Assembly: GCA_965248445.1 (NCBI GenBank)
Contig: CBDFJG010000002.1
Location: 1-64,000, forward strand
Direction: 5' to 3'
From: Planctomycetota bacterium
GTDB taxonomy: Bacteria; Planctomycetota; JAJSAM01; JAJVHW01
Length of the DNA: 64,000 nucleotides
In this document: in pieces, positions 36,963-47,641 of the stretch
Position numbering within the stretch: the first letter of the stretch is position 1
How the letters are laid out: each line of letters opens with the position of its first letter
Translations under genes and position numbers: made by a program
The notes under the pieces: generated by a model
What the model saw: the letters and a program-made list of their open reading frames with translations, nothing else
What the model was told of the DNA's origin: nothing
The model's database searches: none

Positions 36963-38363
36963 GTGAGCGTATTTCAGTTCCCGCTGCCGGACATCGGAGA
37001 GGGCGTCGCCGAGGGCGAGGTCGTGGAGTGGAAGGTCAGCGAGGGCGACGTCGTCGCGGAGGACGACGTCCTCTGCGAGGTCATGACCGACAAAGCGACC
37101 GTCGAGATCACGAGCCCGCTGCCGGGAACGGTGACCAAGATCCGTGCGGCCGAAGGGGCGGTCACGCCGGTCGGCGCGATCCTGCTCGACATCGAGCCGG
37201 CCGCGGGCGCCCACATCCCGACCGTCGCGCAGCATGGCGACCACGCGCCCACGAACGACGATCCGGAGCCGGCGCCGGCAGCGCCCGCCGCGGTCACGTC
37301 TACCGCCTCCGGCGGGGCGACGTCGGAACTCGAGGTGGAGCGCCCCGAGGGTCGCCGCGCGCTGGCGACGCCGCACACGCGCAAGGTCGCGCGCACGCTG
37401 GGCGTGGACATCGAGCGCATCCGGGGCTCGGGTGACGCCGGCCGTGTCACCGAGGCGGATGTGCAGCGCTACGCCACGGCCGCCAACGGCGGGGGCGGCT
37501 CAGCTGGGGGTATCGCCGCGGCGGGAGCCGCAGCAGCCGCTGGCATCGTGGCCGGCGACGACAGCGGCGTGATGGGCCGCGGCGGCTTCGTGCCGGATCT
37601 GCCCGACCTGCCCGCCATCCCCGCGGCGCCGCCCGCACGGAAGGGCACGCCCTCGGACGGCCCGCTCGAGACACGCATCCCGATCAAGGGAGTGCGCAAG
37701 AAGATCTCCGAGCGCATGCGCCTCAGCAAGTCGATGGCCGCGCACTTCACGTACGTCGACGAAGTGGACGTCACCGAACTCGTGGCACTGCGGCGCTCAC
37801 TCAAGGCCGAAGCCGCCGAGGCGGGCGCGAAGCTCACCTACCTGCCGTTCATCATGAAGGCGGTCATCTCGGGACTGCGCAAGTTCCCGACGCTGAACGG
37901 ACTGACCGACGACGCCAAGGGCGAGTTCGTCGTGAAGCACTACGTAAACCTCGGCGTCGCGGTCGACACCGACAACGGGCTGATGGTTCCCGTGGTCAAG
38001 AACGCCGACCAGCTGACGATGCTCGACCTGGCCCGTGAGATCAGCCGCGTTGCAGCAGACGCGCGTAACGGGAAGTCGAAGCTGCCGGACCTGCAGGATG
38101 GGACGTTCACGATCACGAACGCCGGCAACATCGGCGGTCTGTTCGCGACGCCGATCATCAACTACCCCGAGGCCGCGATCCTCGGCGTACACGCGATCAA
38201 GCAGAAGCCGTGGATCGTGGACGGCGAGATCAAGGTGCGCGACATCATGTACCTGTCGATCTCGATCGATCACCGCATGAACGACGGCGCCACGGGTGCG
38301 TACTTCATGAACCACGTCGTGCGCCTGCTCGAGAACCCCGGCCGCATGCTGATCGAGATGTAG
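36963..38363 (+). CDS. Dihydrolipoamide acyltransferase E2
   Basis: MTDKATVE lipoyl site, peripheral-subunit binding domain, DHRMNDG. Confidence 0.95.
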   Translation: MSVFQFPLPDIGEGVAEGEVVEWKVSEGDVVAEDDVLCEVMTDKATVEITSPLPGTVTKIRAAEGAVTPVGAILLDIEPAAGAHIPTVAQHGDHAPTNDDPEPAPAAPAAVTSTASGGATSELEVERPEGRRALATPHTRKVARTLGVDIERIRGSGDAGRVTEADVQRYATAANGGGGSAGGIAAAGAAAAAGIVAGDDSGVMGRGGFVPDLPDLPAIPAAPPARKGTPSDGPLETRIPIKGVRKKISERMRLSKSMAAHFTYVDEVDVTELVALRRSLKAEAAEAGAKLTYLPFIMKAVISGLRKFPTLNGLTDDAKGEFVVKHYVNLGVAVDTDNGLMVPVVKNADQLTMLDLAREISRVAADARNGKSKLPDLQDGTFTITNAGNIGGLFATPIINYPEAAILGVHAIKQKPWIVDGEIKVRDIMYLSISIDHRMNDGATGAYFMNHVVRLLENPGRMLIEM

Positions 38364-38366
38364 CGC

Positions 38367-39557
38367 GTGGGGAGGGACACGGCTGAGGACCAGACGCCAT
38401 CGCTCTTCGATCGCCCGGCAGGGGCGAGCGGAGGGCCGGCCCCGGTACCCGACGACCTCGGGCTGTTCCGTGTGTTGCGCGACGACGGCACGGCCGACCC
38501 GCGGGTCGATCCGGGACTCTCCGAGGACGAACTCGTGCGGTTGTACGAGCACATGCAGCTCGTGCGCGTCCTCGACACGCGATGCCTGCGCCTGCAGCGG
38601 CAGGGACGCATCGCGTTCTACGGCACGTCGCTCGGCCAGGAGGCCGCAACGGTGGGCAGCGCCGCGTGCATCGAGCCGGATGACTGGCTGTTCCCCGCAC
38701 TGCGCGAGGGAGGCGCCGCGTTGATGCGCGGCATGCCGGTCTCGCGCTACATCGCACAACTGATGGGCAACACGCACGACGAGCAGAAGGGCCATCAGCA
38801 GCCCATGCACTTCTCGTTCCGCGCCGCCAACCACGTGTCGCTCAGCTCGCCCATCGCGACACAGGTGCCTCAGGCCGTCGGCGCGGCACGCGCGATCCAG
38901 GTCCGCCGTGAGCCGCACGTCGTCCTCGGCTACATGGGCGACGGAGCGACGAGCGAACACGACTTCCATGTGGCGATGACGTTCGCCGGCGTGTGGCGCG
39001 TACCGTGTGTGCTGTTCTGTCAGAACAACGGCTGGGCCATCTCGGTGCCCGTGTCGCGGCAGACGGCGTCGAAGACGATCGCAGTCAAGGCGCGCGGCTA
39101 CGGCATGCCCGGCGTGCGCGTCGACGGCAACGACCTGCTCGCCGTCGTCAAGGTGACGCGCGACGCGGTCCGGCGCGCCAGGAGCGGCCTCGGCCCGACG
39201 TTCATCGAGGCGGTCACCTATCGTCGCCAGGGTCACAGTTCGAGTGACGACCCGACGATCTACCGCGACCCGGCCGAACTCGCGGAGTGGGAAGCGAAGG
39301 ACCCGATCGACCGCATCCGCCGCCACATGGACGTGCGCGGCATCTGGAGCGACGCCCGTGAAGAGAGGCTCCAGGCCAAGCTGAACGACCTGGTCACGCG
39401 CGAGATTCGCGAGGCCGAGAAGGCCGGCCCGCCGGCCCTCGAGACACTGATCGAAGACGTCTACGCGGCGCCGCCCGCGATCCTGGTGGAACAGCTCGCC
39501 GAGGTGCGTCCGCACTTCCAGGAAGGCGAGACCGCCGAAGGCGAGTTCCCGCTCTAG
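38367..39557 (+). CDS. 2-oxoacid dehydrogenase E1 alpha (copy 2)
   Basis: QRQGRIAFY, MGDGATSE..QNNGWAIS, HSSSDDP. Confidence 0.92.
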   Translation: MGRDTAEDQTPSLFDRPAGASGGPAPVPDDLGLFRVLRDDGTADPRVDPGLSEDELVRLYEHMQLVRVLDTRCLRLQRQGRIAFYGTSLGQEAATVGSAACIEPDDWLFPALREGGAALMRGMPVSRYIAQLMGNTHDEQKGHQQPMHFSFRAANHVSLSSPIATQVPQAVGAARAIQVRREPHVVLGYMGDGATSEHDFHVAMTFAGVWRVPCVLFCQNNGWAISVPVSRQTASKTIAVKARGYGMPGVRVDGNDLLAVVKVTRDAVRRARSGLGPTFIEAVTYRRQGHSSSDDPTIYRDPAELAEWEAKDPIDRIRRHMDVRGIWSDAREERLQAKLNDLVTREIREAEKAGPPALETLIEDVYAAPPAILVEQLAEVRPHFQEGETAEGEFPL

Positions 39558-39621
39558 CCCCCCCCCCGTCCCACGAAGGACAATCCCGACGCGCATCGCT
39601 TCTCGGCGAGCGCAGGAGGTC

Positions 39622-41025
39622 ATGCAGATGAAGAAAGCTGATGTCGTCGTGATCGGAGCCGGTCCCGGTGGTTACGTGGCAGCGATCCGTGCCGCGCAGC
39701 ACGGCAAGAAGGTCATCTGCGTGGAGCGCGAGTTCCTCGGCGGCGTGTGCCTGAACGTCGGGTGCATCCCGTCGAAGGCGCTCATCAACGCCGGCAAGAC
39801 GGCAAGCCGCGCGAAGAAACTCTACCCCGACATGGGCCTCGACTTCGGCGAGGTGAAGATCGACATCCAGAAGATGGTCGCGTGGAAGCAGAAGGTCGTC
39901 GAGCGCCTCACGGGCGGCGTCGGCTTCCTGTTCAAGCACCACAACATCGAGCACGTGATGGGAACCGCAGCCTTCGTCGCGCCGACGACTCTCGAAGTCA
40001 CGTCGAGCAAGGGCACGGAGAAGATCGAGGCAACCGACGTGATCATCGCGACCGGCTCGCGGCCGATCGAACTCGGTGCGTTCCCGGTCGACGGCAAGCA
40101 CGTCCTTGGCTCGACCGAAGCCCTCGCACTCGACAAGCTGCCTAAGAAGGTGCTCGTGATCGGCGGCGGCTACATCGGCCTCGAGATCGGGACCTTCCTG
40201 CGCAACCTGGGCGTCGAGATCGTGATCGTCGAGGCGACGTCCTCGCTGCTGCCCGGTCAGGACCCGGAACTCGTCAAGGTGGTCCACCGCGCGCTCAAGA
40301 AGAAGAAGGTGAAGATCCTCACGGACTCGCTCGCGGAGAGCTTCGAGCCGGGCGCCGACGGTGTCGTGGTGAAGGTCAAGACGAAGAAGGGCCACGACAC
40401 GATCGAGGCGGACTGGATCCTCTCGACGGTCGGCCGGCGCCCGAACTCCGAGGAGTTGGGGCTCGACGCGATCGGCGTGACGGTCGACGGCCACGGTTTC
40501 ATCGTCGTGGACGAGAAGCGCCGCACGACGGCCGAGCACGTCTACGCAATCGGCGACGTGGCCGGGCAGCCGATGCTCGCACACAAGGCCAGCCGCGAGG
40601 GGATCGTCGCGGCGGAGGTCATCTGCGGGCTGCCGACCGAAGCCGACTACCGCTGCGTCCCCGAGGTGATCTTCACCGACCCGGAGATCGCGTCCGTTGG
40701 CCTCGACGAACAGGGCGCGAAGGACGCGGGGTACGAGCCGATCGTCGGCAAGTTCCCGTTCTCGGCGAACGGGCGCGCGCTCTCACTCGGCGAGTCCGAG
40801 GGGTTCGCGAAGGTCGTCGCGGACAAGGCGACCGACGTGGTCCTCGGTGTGCACATCGTCGGTCCGGAGGCGAGCGAGTTGATCGCGGAAGCCACGCTCG
40901 CGATCGAGATGGCCGCACGGGTCGAGGACCTGGCCGCCACCATCCACGCCCACCCGACGCTCCCCGAGGCCATCATGGAAGCCGCCGAAGCGGTCCACGG
41001 CAAAGCGATCCACGCGGTGACGTAG
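39622..41025 (+). CDS. lpdA: Dihydrolipoamide dehydrogenase E3
   Basis: GAGPGGY, GGVCLNVGCIPSK, HAHPTLPE. Confidence 0.97.
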   Translation: MQMKKADVVVIGAGPGGYVAAIRAAQHGKKVICVEREFLGGVCLNVGCIPSKALINAGKTASRAKKLYPDMGLDFGEVKIDIQKMVAWKQKVVERLTGGVGFLFKHHNIEHVMGTAAFVAPTTLEVTSSKGTEKIEATDVIIATGSRPIELGAFPVDGKHVLGSTEALALDKLPKKVLVIGGGYIGLEIGTFLRNLGVEIVIVEATSSLLPGQDPELVKVVHRALKKKKVKILTDSLAESFEPGADGVVVKVKTKKGHDTIEADWILSTVGRRPNSEELGLDAIGVTVDGHGFIVVDEKRRTTAEHVYAIGDVAGQPMLAHKASREGIVAAEVICGLPTEADYRCVPEVIFTDPEIASVGLDEQGAKDAGYEPIVGKFPFSANGRALSLGESEGFAKVVADKATDVVLGVHIVGPEASELIAEATLAIEMAARVEDLAATIHAHPTLPEAIMEAAEAVHGKAIHAVT

Positions 41026-41452
41026 CTCGCTGCGTCGGTCACGAGGATCGCAGAGCGATCCTCCCGCCCTCCTGGCTCGCGTATTCCCTCCTACGCGGTC
41101 TCCGACCGCTACGGAGGAGGCTCACTGCGGGGCGTCACGTGGCTCGCGTTGCGACCCCCGCGCCGCTCCTCGTTCGCGGCGGCGGTACCGCTCTATGACG
41201 AGAGACGCGGCGCCCTCCCACAGGGGACGACGCCACTTCCGAGATCACCGGGTGGTCGGTTCCGCGGACGGGCAGCGCCCCGCCCCTACAGCGTGCTCAC
41301 TCCCGAGCTGCGAATCGCGAGGGCGCGCAGGTTACGGAGCAAGCGGCGTGACCGCAGCCCTCCGTAGCGGTCGGAGACCGCTACGGAGGGAGACACGATC
41401 GCAAGAAGGGGCGCGAGGATCGCCTCGCGATCCTCGCGACGCGCCGCAGCGA
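41026..41452. repeat. Inverted pair of ~140-bp palindrome-rich repeats between convergent genes
   Basis: CGAGGATCGC..GCGATCCTC and GCGGTCTCCGACCGCTACGGAGG occur in opposite orientation at both ends. Confidence 0.75.
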
Positions 41453-41794
41453 TCAGCCGCCGCAGCCCTTATCGCCACAGGCCTTGTCGCCGCCGCAGGA
41501 CTTCTCGTCGCCGTCCTTGTCGTCGGCACCGTCCTTGTGGTCGTCGCCGTCGGTGTCGCCGGCGTCACCTGCGCCGTCCTTGTCGCCGCCGCAGCCCTTG
41601 TCGCCGCCGCATTCGGTGCAGCCAAGGACCGCATGCATTTCGCACGACGTCTCGCCCGCGTTGTCACCGCTGCCCGCGGCGTCACCGTCGGTAGTGACCT
41701 CGGCAGTGCAACCTGCGAGCGCGAGCCCGCCGGCGACGAGCGCGGCCAGCGTGGCCGTGCGGAGCGTCTCGAAGATCTTGTCTCTCTGCATCAC
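41453..41794 (-). CDS. Small Cys-Gly-repeat lipoprotein
   Basis: LAGC lipobox; repeated CGGDK/CGDK; AGGAG RBS. Confidence 0.75.
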   Translation of the reverse strand: MMQRDKIFETLRTATLAALVAGGLALAGCTAEVTTDGDAAGSGDNAGETSCEMHAVLGCTECGGDKGCGGDKDGAGDAGDTDGDDHKDGADDKDGDEKSCGGDKACGDKGCGG

Positions 41795-41977
41795 TGTCTC
41801 CTGCCGCCCTCGCGGCCCAATGTTCGTGATCGCCCAATGTTCGCGATCGGTCGTGGTCGGGAGCCCCGCCGGCTCCCGCCGCGGACCCGTCGGAACCCGG
41901 GTCTACGCGCTGAACAGTCTGCCAGCACCGGGCATTCCGGGGGCAGGAGAGATCCCCGGGGCCGCCGGAGACCGCCC

Positions 41978-44475
41978 TCAATCCGGACGCCACCACCTGG
42001 CCGGGATGTCGCGGTGGTCGTCGAGGCCGGCTGGGGTCCAGAACACGCGCAGCACGGCACTTCCCTGGCCGTGGAAGTGGTAGATGTCGATCACGTGCTC
42101 GCCGGGCGCGAAGTCGATCCAGGCGCTCTCCTCGTGCTGCGGACGCAGGGGCGGCTGGCTTCGCCGGTCCCGGCCGTCCACGCGCATGAGGAACCCGCCC
42201 TCGGCCTGAATCAGGAAGCCGATCCGGCGCGCCACCGGCATGTTGATCCTGGCCCGCAGGTGAAGCGCGGTGTTGCGGTGCGGGAACGGGAGGTTCCAGT
42301 GCGTCTTCTTCGTGCGGTCGAGGCTTGTCTCGACGCGTGTCAGGTTGATGGCTCGATTCGTCAGTGCATCCGGCGTTGCATTCGCGATCAGCTCGGTCTC
42401 ATTCGAAAACACGTAGTACTTCGCGGTGAACCCCATCGGCGTGGTCCGCTCGAAGCGCACCGCATTGCTGCTCAGCACACCGACGTCGACGCGCAACTTT
42501 CCGGTGTCCGCGCCGTCCGGGACCTTCACGGTGAGTGAGTTGCCATCGACGCGCTGTGGCCGCACCCACACGTCCCCGGGGAAGCGCACACGGACGAGAC
42601 CGATCTCCCCGCCGAGCGCGATGCCCTTGATCGTGATCGTCTCTCCCACCTCGCCGGACAGCCGCTTCTTCGCCAGCCGCGGCGCCGGGCGGCCTGCAAC
42701 GTCCTCGGGGGGGAACAGGAAGCCGCGCGGAATCACCTGCCGTTGCAGGTCGCCCGGCCGTTGCCAAAACAACCGCAACCGCGCGACTCCGCGATTCTCG
42801 AAGAAGTGAATCGCGATCGGATGGAAGCCCTTCGTCAACTGGGCATCGCCCTGCCGTTCGCGGTACGAGTGCAGCCCGGGGTCGTCGATGAACGTCTCGC
42901 CGTCGAGTTCCACGCGCGTCCCGTCGTCACTGCCGAGAGTGATGGTGTAAGTGTCGTCCGCCGGCACGTACAGGTAGCCCGTCATCCGCGCAGCGAACAC
43001 GTCCGGCTCATACGGCAGGTTCCACAGGCCGTCCTGGTGGTAGTCGAGCGGACCGTCGAGGCGCACGAAGTAGGGCGTATGCTCCGTCAGGTCCGGGTGC
43101 TGAGTCAGGTTGCTACCGATCAGGAAGTACTCGGCGTAGAGACCCTGCAGATTCTCGATCTCGAAGCGTCGCGGGAGGCTGGAGAGCGGTCCGACCTGCA
43201 CGAGCACGTCCCCGGCCTCCGCACCAAGCGGCACGACCACGCGGAGCGTCTCGGCAGTCGCCTCGAGGACCTCGGCCGGCACACCGTTGAACGTGACGTG
43301 ATCGAACAACGCCTCCGACGAGAACCCCAGCCCGGTCAGCACGACCTCGTCCCCCACTCGCGCTGATGACGGTTCGACCGACGTGACGTGCGGCCGGAGG
43401 ACGTCGGCCACGTCCTGCGGCGGCGCCAGAGCGGACGACGGCACGATTCGCCGTTCGAACGACGGACCATCCCAATAGAGGCGGCACAACGCGAACGTCA
43501 GGTTCTCGAAGAAGACGATCTCGATCGGATGCCGCCCGGCGGTCAGCTGGATCTCGCCGTGCGACTCCGCATGCGCGCGCAGGCTGGCATGTTCGAGAAC
43601 GACTTCCTCGCCGACCTTCAGCCGCACGCCGTCGTCCGAGCCGATCGTGAACACGTACTTCCCCGCTTCCGGTGCTGTCAGGAAGCCCCGCCACAGCGCG
43701 GCGAACGTCTCGGGATAGAACGGCAGGCGGAACTCCTCGTCGCGCGAGAAGTCCACGGTCAGGTCAATGCGCGTGAAGGTCGGAGGGATCGTCGCGAGGT
43801 CGGGGATGTTGCGGAGCTGCCCGTCCAGGAAGTCGTAGTAGTCGCCGCGCAAGCCCTGCCGTGCAACGACGGCCGCTTCCTCCTCCCGCGCCAGCTGCCG
43901 TTCGCGGTCCGTGCGGTTGCGGCGTTCCGGCCGGCGCCGTGCATCGAGATTCGGGCGGCCGGCGCCGACCCGCACAAGGGGTGGTGATGCCACGACCGGC
44001 TTCACGTCCGTGCCGCTGTTGCGGGCCTCCACGACTCCATCCCACGCGGGCGGACGGACCGCGGGCCTGCGCGGCGGCGGGCGCGGCGCGACGACGGGCG
44101 GGCGAGCCGGCGGCACGGGCCCCCACCCGGCAGTGCGTTCGTCGTCGGTCGCCTCCCGCCACCCCCACGGTCGCGCACGAAGACGCGTCCGTCCGGGGTG
44201 ACCAGCCGGCGGCGGCCGTCCCGCTTCGTCCCCGGCGGGAACGGGGTCCCGTCGCTCATCGCGAGAGGCGCCCCGTTTTCGTCGAGCAGAACCTCGGCTG
44301 CCTCCGCCAGGTTCACGTCGTCGAGGACATCTTCACCATTCACGGCCTCGACTGCGTTCGGAGACGGCTCGTCAGTCGTTCCTGTGTCGCGCAGCGCGAG
44401 CCAACCGGCGGCGACCAGGAACCCGCCGACGAGACCCAGCGCGAGAAGGAGCGGCAACAGCTTGCGGAGTGCCAC
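41978..44475 (-). CDS. Membrane-anchored multi-PA14 plus IPT/TIG protein; single-base frameshift at the C5 run 44162-44166
   Basis: GLRGDYY, SDDG (twice), HPI.I.FFEN, IPT-like segments; adding one G joins 44475-44167 to the downstream frame. Confidence 0.8.
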
Positions 44476-44517
44476 GGCGTCCCCACGTTACTGCACCGCG
44501 GGTGATAGGCTTCGCCG

Positions 44518-45192
44518 GTGACCGACGGACGACCTGCCGCCGACCCGTCGCCGCAGAGCGGTTTCTGGCGCACGCTAGGGCGCATCCTGATCGTGCTCCT
44601 CCTGCTCGGTGCGGCGGTCCTGGGTGGAGCCCTCGTGACAGCGGGATGGGGCATCTTCCGCGGACTCACGTCGAACGAGGACCGCACGGTGCATCGCCCG
44701 CGCGCGAGCGTCGTGCTCGCGGTGCGCGAGCTGTCCCGGCTCGAGACCGTCACGTTCCACATGGAGCGGGTGGTCGACATCGAGGACGAGCAGACGTTCC
44801 TCGGGGGGCGTCTGAAGGCCAGCGACGCGCTTCTGCTCGTGGCCGCGGCCGACATCACCGCCGGCATCGACCTGGCTCAGCTGAGCGACGACGACGTCCA
44901 GGCGGACCCGGAGACCGGCAAGGTGACGATCACCCTGCCGCCGCCCGAGGTGCTCTCGACCCGCATCGACAACGACCGCACATACGTCTACAGCCGCGAG
45001 ACCGACGTCCTGGCCCGCCGCAAGGAGGACCTCGAGTCCCGCGCCCGCGCCGAAGCCGAGCGCCGGCTGCGTGAAGCCGCGACGGAGGCCGGAATCCTCG
45101 GACGCGCGCAGGAAGGCGCGCGGCGCACGATCGAGACGCTCCTATCCGGGCTCGGGTATGAGCACGTCGACGTGCGGTTCCGCCCGCGCTGA
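44518..45192 (+). CDS. DUF4230-like membrane-anchored protein
   Basis: N-terminal TM, AGIDL, TITLPPPEVL, AGILGRA. Confidence 0.8.
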   Translation: MTDGRPAADPSPQSGFWRTLGRILIVLLLLGAAVLGGALVTAGWGIFRGLTSNEDRTVHRPRASVVLAVRELSRLETVTFHMERVVDIEDEQTFLGGRLKASDALLLVAAADITAGIDLAQLSDDDVQADPETGKVTITLPPPEVLSTRIDNDRTYVYSRETDVLARRKEDLESRARAEAERRLREAATEAGILGRAQEGARRTIETLLSGLGYEHVDVRFRPR

Positions 45193-45242
45193 CGAACCTC
45201 TCGGCGCTCCGGCTGACTGTTCGTATTCTCCGCCGCGTGACG

Positions 45243-45929
45243 ATGAGCGCCACACTACGGACCCCGCTGCTCGTGCCCATGCATCTCACACTCCTCGCAG
45301 CGTGCGCGTCCACGCCGACGGAGGACCTCGACGCTCGCGCGCGGAACGACCACGCCCTTCGCAACGGTGTGCCCTCGGCGCTGGTCGTGATCGTCGAGAA
45401 CGGCAAGCTGTACGAGGCCGAAGACCTCGACGCGGCATACGCGACGATCATCGAGGATCGGCATCGCTACGTGTTCAGCCCGGGCGAAGAGGGCGACCGC
45501 GGCTTCACGCTCGCCTACCTCCCCGCCGGGGGCATCGTGGCGGGCGATGCGTTCGCAGAGTCTCTCGGGCTCGACGTGCGCGAGGACGCGAGCGGCCGCA
45601 TCACACTTGCGCGCGGCGACATGACGGTCGCGACCAACGCCGACCGCACGATCGCCGTGACGCTCTCGGCGCCGAGTGGCGCGCGGAGCGAATTGGTCCG
45701 CGTGTCCATCGATCCGCGGGCGCGCGGATCGCTTCTCATGCCGAGCGGCGTGGCGCTGCGTCTGCTCGCACCGCTCACCTCGATTCCCGGGACGACTCAC
45801 GTGGAGGTCGCGCTCGGTCGTCCGTTCGCGGCGCACCGCGCGCGCCTGCGGGTGGAGCTACCGGAGTTGGACGCCGAGGCGTACGTCGAGATCGCGTATC
45901 TCGCACCGGCGCCGGAGACCGGCAGGTGA
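45243..45929 (+). CDS. Hypothetical lipoprotein
   Basis: LAAC lipobox; GTGA overlap with the next gene. Confidence 0.6.
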   Translation: MSATLRTPLLVPMHLTLLAACASTPTEDLDARARNDHALRNGVPSALVVIVENGKLYEAEDLDAAYATIIEDRHRYVFSPGEEGDRGFTLAYLPAGGIVAGDAFAESLGLDVREDASGRITLARGDMTVATNADRTIAVTLSAPSGARSELVRVSIDPRARGSLLMPSGVALRLLAPLTSIPGTTHVEVALGRPFAAHRARLRVELPELDAEAYVEIAYLAPAPETGR

Positions 45930-46480
45930 GCCGCCGTAAGCCGACAGAGAGCGCGCTGCTCGTGCCCGTACCGGGCGCCGAGCCCCTCGTAGAGGGCTGG
46001 CGTTCGCTCTACGACCCGTCGGCCACCTGGGGCGTGCCGGCACACGTGACTCTCCTGTATCCGTTCACGCCGCCCGATCAGATTGACGACGCGCTCCTCG
46101 TGTCGCTCAGCGAGATGTTCTCCGATGTGGATGCGTTCGACGTCACGTACGCGAGCGTCGCGCACTTCCCCGGAGTGCTGTACCTCGCACCGACGCCGGA
46201 CACTCCGTTCCGTCAGCTCACGTCGCGCATCTTCGAGGCATTCCCCGAGCACCCGCCCTACGGCGGCGCGTACGACGACGTGGTCCCGCATCTGACGGTG
46301 GTGGATGTGCGGGAGCGGCTCGACCTTGCGCTCATGAAGCGTGCGCACGACGAGCTCTCGCGGAGCGTCCCGGTGTCCTGCCGCGCCGCGGAGGCCTGGC
46401 TGATGGTCGGCGACCGCCGCCGCTGGAAGGTCCACACCAAGTTCCAGCTGCGCAACGGTCTCGACGTCCAGCCCGGTTAG
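45926..46480 (+). CDS. 2H phosphoesterase (2'-5' RNA ligase superfamily)
   Basis: Two HxT motifs: AHVTLLYPF and PHLTV. Confidence 0.88.
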   Translation: MSRRKPTESALLVPVPGAEPLVEGWRSLYDPSATWGVPAHVTLLYPFTPPDQIDDALLVSLSEMFSDVDAFDVTYASVAHFPGVLYLAPTPDTPFRQLTSRIFEAFPEHPPYGGAYDDVVPHLTVVDVRERLDLALMKRAHDELSRSVPVSCRAAEAWLMVGDRRRWKVHTKFQLRNGLDVQPG

Positions 46481-46558
46481 CGCGGGCCTGCCGCCGCGGA
46501 GACCTGGCGCCCAGATCACGGCGCACCAGATACCCCGAACACCAGATACCCTTTGTCG

Positions 46559-47026
46559 ATGCGGCTCTACCTGGTGCGCCACTGCGACGCGGTCCACCCG
46601 CTCGAGGACTCCGAGCGCCCCCTCTCCGACCGCGGGGAGGACCAGGCGCGGAGTCTGGCCGCGTGGCTCCCCCGGGCGGTGGGCACGGTTCGCGAGATCC
46701 GGCACAGCGGCGTGCTGCGGGCCAAGCAGACGGCTGAGCTCCTGGCGGAGTCGGCGCAGCCGGAGAACGGAGTGCGTGCGGTCGAGGGCCTCCGGCCAGG
46801 CGACTCCCCCATCGCGGCGGCCGACGGGCTGCGATACGAGACGGACTCCGTGATGGCCGTCACCCACCTGCCACTCGTCAGCTTCGTGACGTCCCTCCTG
46901 CTGACCGGCCGTGCCGACCTCGAGCCGGTGGTCTTCCACACGGGCTCGATCGCCTACCTGCACGGCGAGGGGGCCACGTTCGCCCTCGATTGGCTGGTCC
47001 ACGCCGACCTGCTGCCCAGCCTGTGA
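46559..47026 (+). CDS. sixA: Phosphohistidine phosphatase
   Basis: LYLVRH, ERPLSDRG, HSGVLRAKQTAE, VTHLP. Confidence 0.88.
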   Translation: MRLYLVRHCDAVHPLEDSERPLSDRGEDQARSLAAWLPRAVGTVREIRHSGVLRAKQTAELLAESAQPENGVRAVEGLRPGDSPIAAADGLRYETDSVMAVTHLPLVSFVTSLLLTGRADLEPVVFHTGSIAYLHGEGATFALDWLVHADLLPSL

Positions 47027-47077
47027 TCCGGCCCAATTGAGCGTGAACGCCCGCCCGGCTCGTGCGTCCAATTCAGC

Positions 47078-47641
47078 ATGAGGATCGTGGACGAGCAGAC
47101 CGGGGGCGGCGACGAGGCCGCGCTGCTGGCGCTCGCCCGGGCCGGAGACCGCGCGGCCCTCGGCACGCTGTTCGAGCGCGAGGTGCCGCGCGTCGTCCGG
47201 GCACTCCTCCTCCGCACCCTCGGTCCGCGCGTGGCGCTCGACGACCTCGTCCAGGATGTGCGCGTCAAGGCTGTACGGGGGATCGAGGGGTTCCGTGGCG
47301 ACGCGTCGTTCGGGACCTGGCTGCACCGGATCACGATGAACGTCGCGATCTCGACTCTCAGACGGATGCGGCGCACCGACGCCCTCCCGGACGAGATCAC
47401 GTCGAAGGGACCTGGACCCGCGCTGCAGGCCGAACGCACCGAGCTGCGCGAGCGGCTGGCTGCCGCGGTCGAGCGGCTGCCACCGCTGATGGAGGAGGCA
47501 TTCCAACTCAAGTACCAGGAGGGATTCGACGCCGTCACGATCGCCGAGCGTCTGGGCGTACCCGCCGCCACCGTCCGCACCCGCCTGTTCCACGCACGCA
47601 GGCGACTCAGGGAGGCACTCGATGACCTCGTGTCCGGGTGA
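47078..47641 (+). CDS. ECF sigma factor
   Basis: DDLVQD, FGTWLHRI, IAERLGVPAATVRTRLFHAR. Confidence 0.92.
   Translation: MRIVDEQTGGGDEAALLALARAGDRAALGTLFEREVPRVVRALLLRTLGPRVALDDLVQDVRVKAVRGIEGFRGDASFGTWLHRITMNVAISTLRRMRRTDALPDEITSKGPGPALQAERTELRERLAAAVERLPPLMEEAFQLKYQEGFDAVTIAERLGVPAATVRTRLFHARRRLREALDDLVSG

Noticed and set aside
39558..39567. C10 tract as a phase-variation switch
   Set aside because: Intergenic within a housekeeping operon; no supporting evidence.
37797..39623. Long antisense ORFs (also 9180-11027, 35312-36925, 45797-47677, 51158-52660)
   Set aside because: Shadow ORFs expected in high-GC DNA opposite well-supported genes.
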